From a bacterium (lineage in GTDB: Bacteria > BMS3Abin14): a stretch of DNA of 13,828 nucleotides. Positions 13,736-13,828 of this stretch are shown in pieces (within the stretch, counting starts at the first letter, position 1; each line of letters begins with the position of its first letter). The stretch is from NCBI GenBank assembly GCA_020349685.1, contig CP070698.1, forward strand, positions 1,833,281-1,847,108, given 5' to 3'. The translations under genes were made by a program, and so were the position numbers. Below the pieces are notes generated by a model. The model worked only from the letters and a program-made list of their open reading frames with translations, was not told where the DNA came from and searched no databases.

Positions 13736-13752
13736 TTGGCAACGTCTTTGCA
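13736..13752 (+). promoter_or_regulatory. Putative sigma-54 (-24/-12) promoter of the transposase
   Basis: TTGGCAACGTCTTTGCA: GG 13738-13739, N10, GC 13750-13751. Predicted +1 is about 13763 and the ATG is at 13764. No strong Shine-Dalgarno. Confidence 0.62.
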
Positions 13753-13763
13753 AGGCTAACCGC

Positions 13764-13828
13764 ATGGGACGGCCCCTGCGCATCATCCAGAACATCTACC
13801 CCTACCACCTGGTCTGCAGAACCAACAA
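13764..13828 (+). mobile_element. N-terminus of a REP-associated (RAYT-like) / IS200-like Y1 HUH transposase (partial, runs off the right edge)
   Basis: MGRPLRIIQNIYPYHLVCRTN(N) matches the typical Y1_Tnp start M.R..R......YH(V/L)..R.NN. Only 21 codons are visible. Confidence 0.72.

Overview
GC-rich bacterial chromosomal window; the gene content looks like an anaerobic deltaproteobacterium/Desulfobacterota-like organism (inference only). Gene order: 3' end of gpmI (+), comF (+), suhB-type inositol monophosphatase (-), small LysW-like zinc-ribbon protein (-), exported HEAT-repeat protein (+, apparently interrupted by an in-frame TAG near its end), smpB (+), orphan Hcp-like tube protein with a signal peptide (-), ArsR/SmtB regulator plus SO_0444/ArsP-type metal permease (+), carB without adjacent carA (+), DUF1858-DUF438-hemerythrin-PAS protein (-) behind an FNR/CRP-type box, an SDR oxidoreductase (-), and the first 21 codons of a REP-associated-type Y1 (HUH) transposase (+) preceded by two 19-bp direct repeats. 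The most unusual signal is non-coding. Most intergenic gaps hold short tandem arrays of 6-9-nt units from several unit families, usually as a G-rich left arm and an inverted C-rich right arm around a short core, often next to a shared AAA(A)CAGG motif. The arrays supply stop codons to three genes, a probable -35 box to carB and a repeat tail to the permease. comF and the transposase also share an identically spaced sigma-54 (-24/-12) motif that predicts near-leaderless mRNAs. All family calls come from motif recognition by eye; no searches were run.
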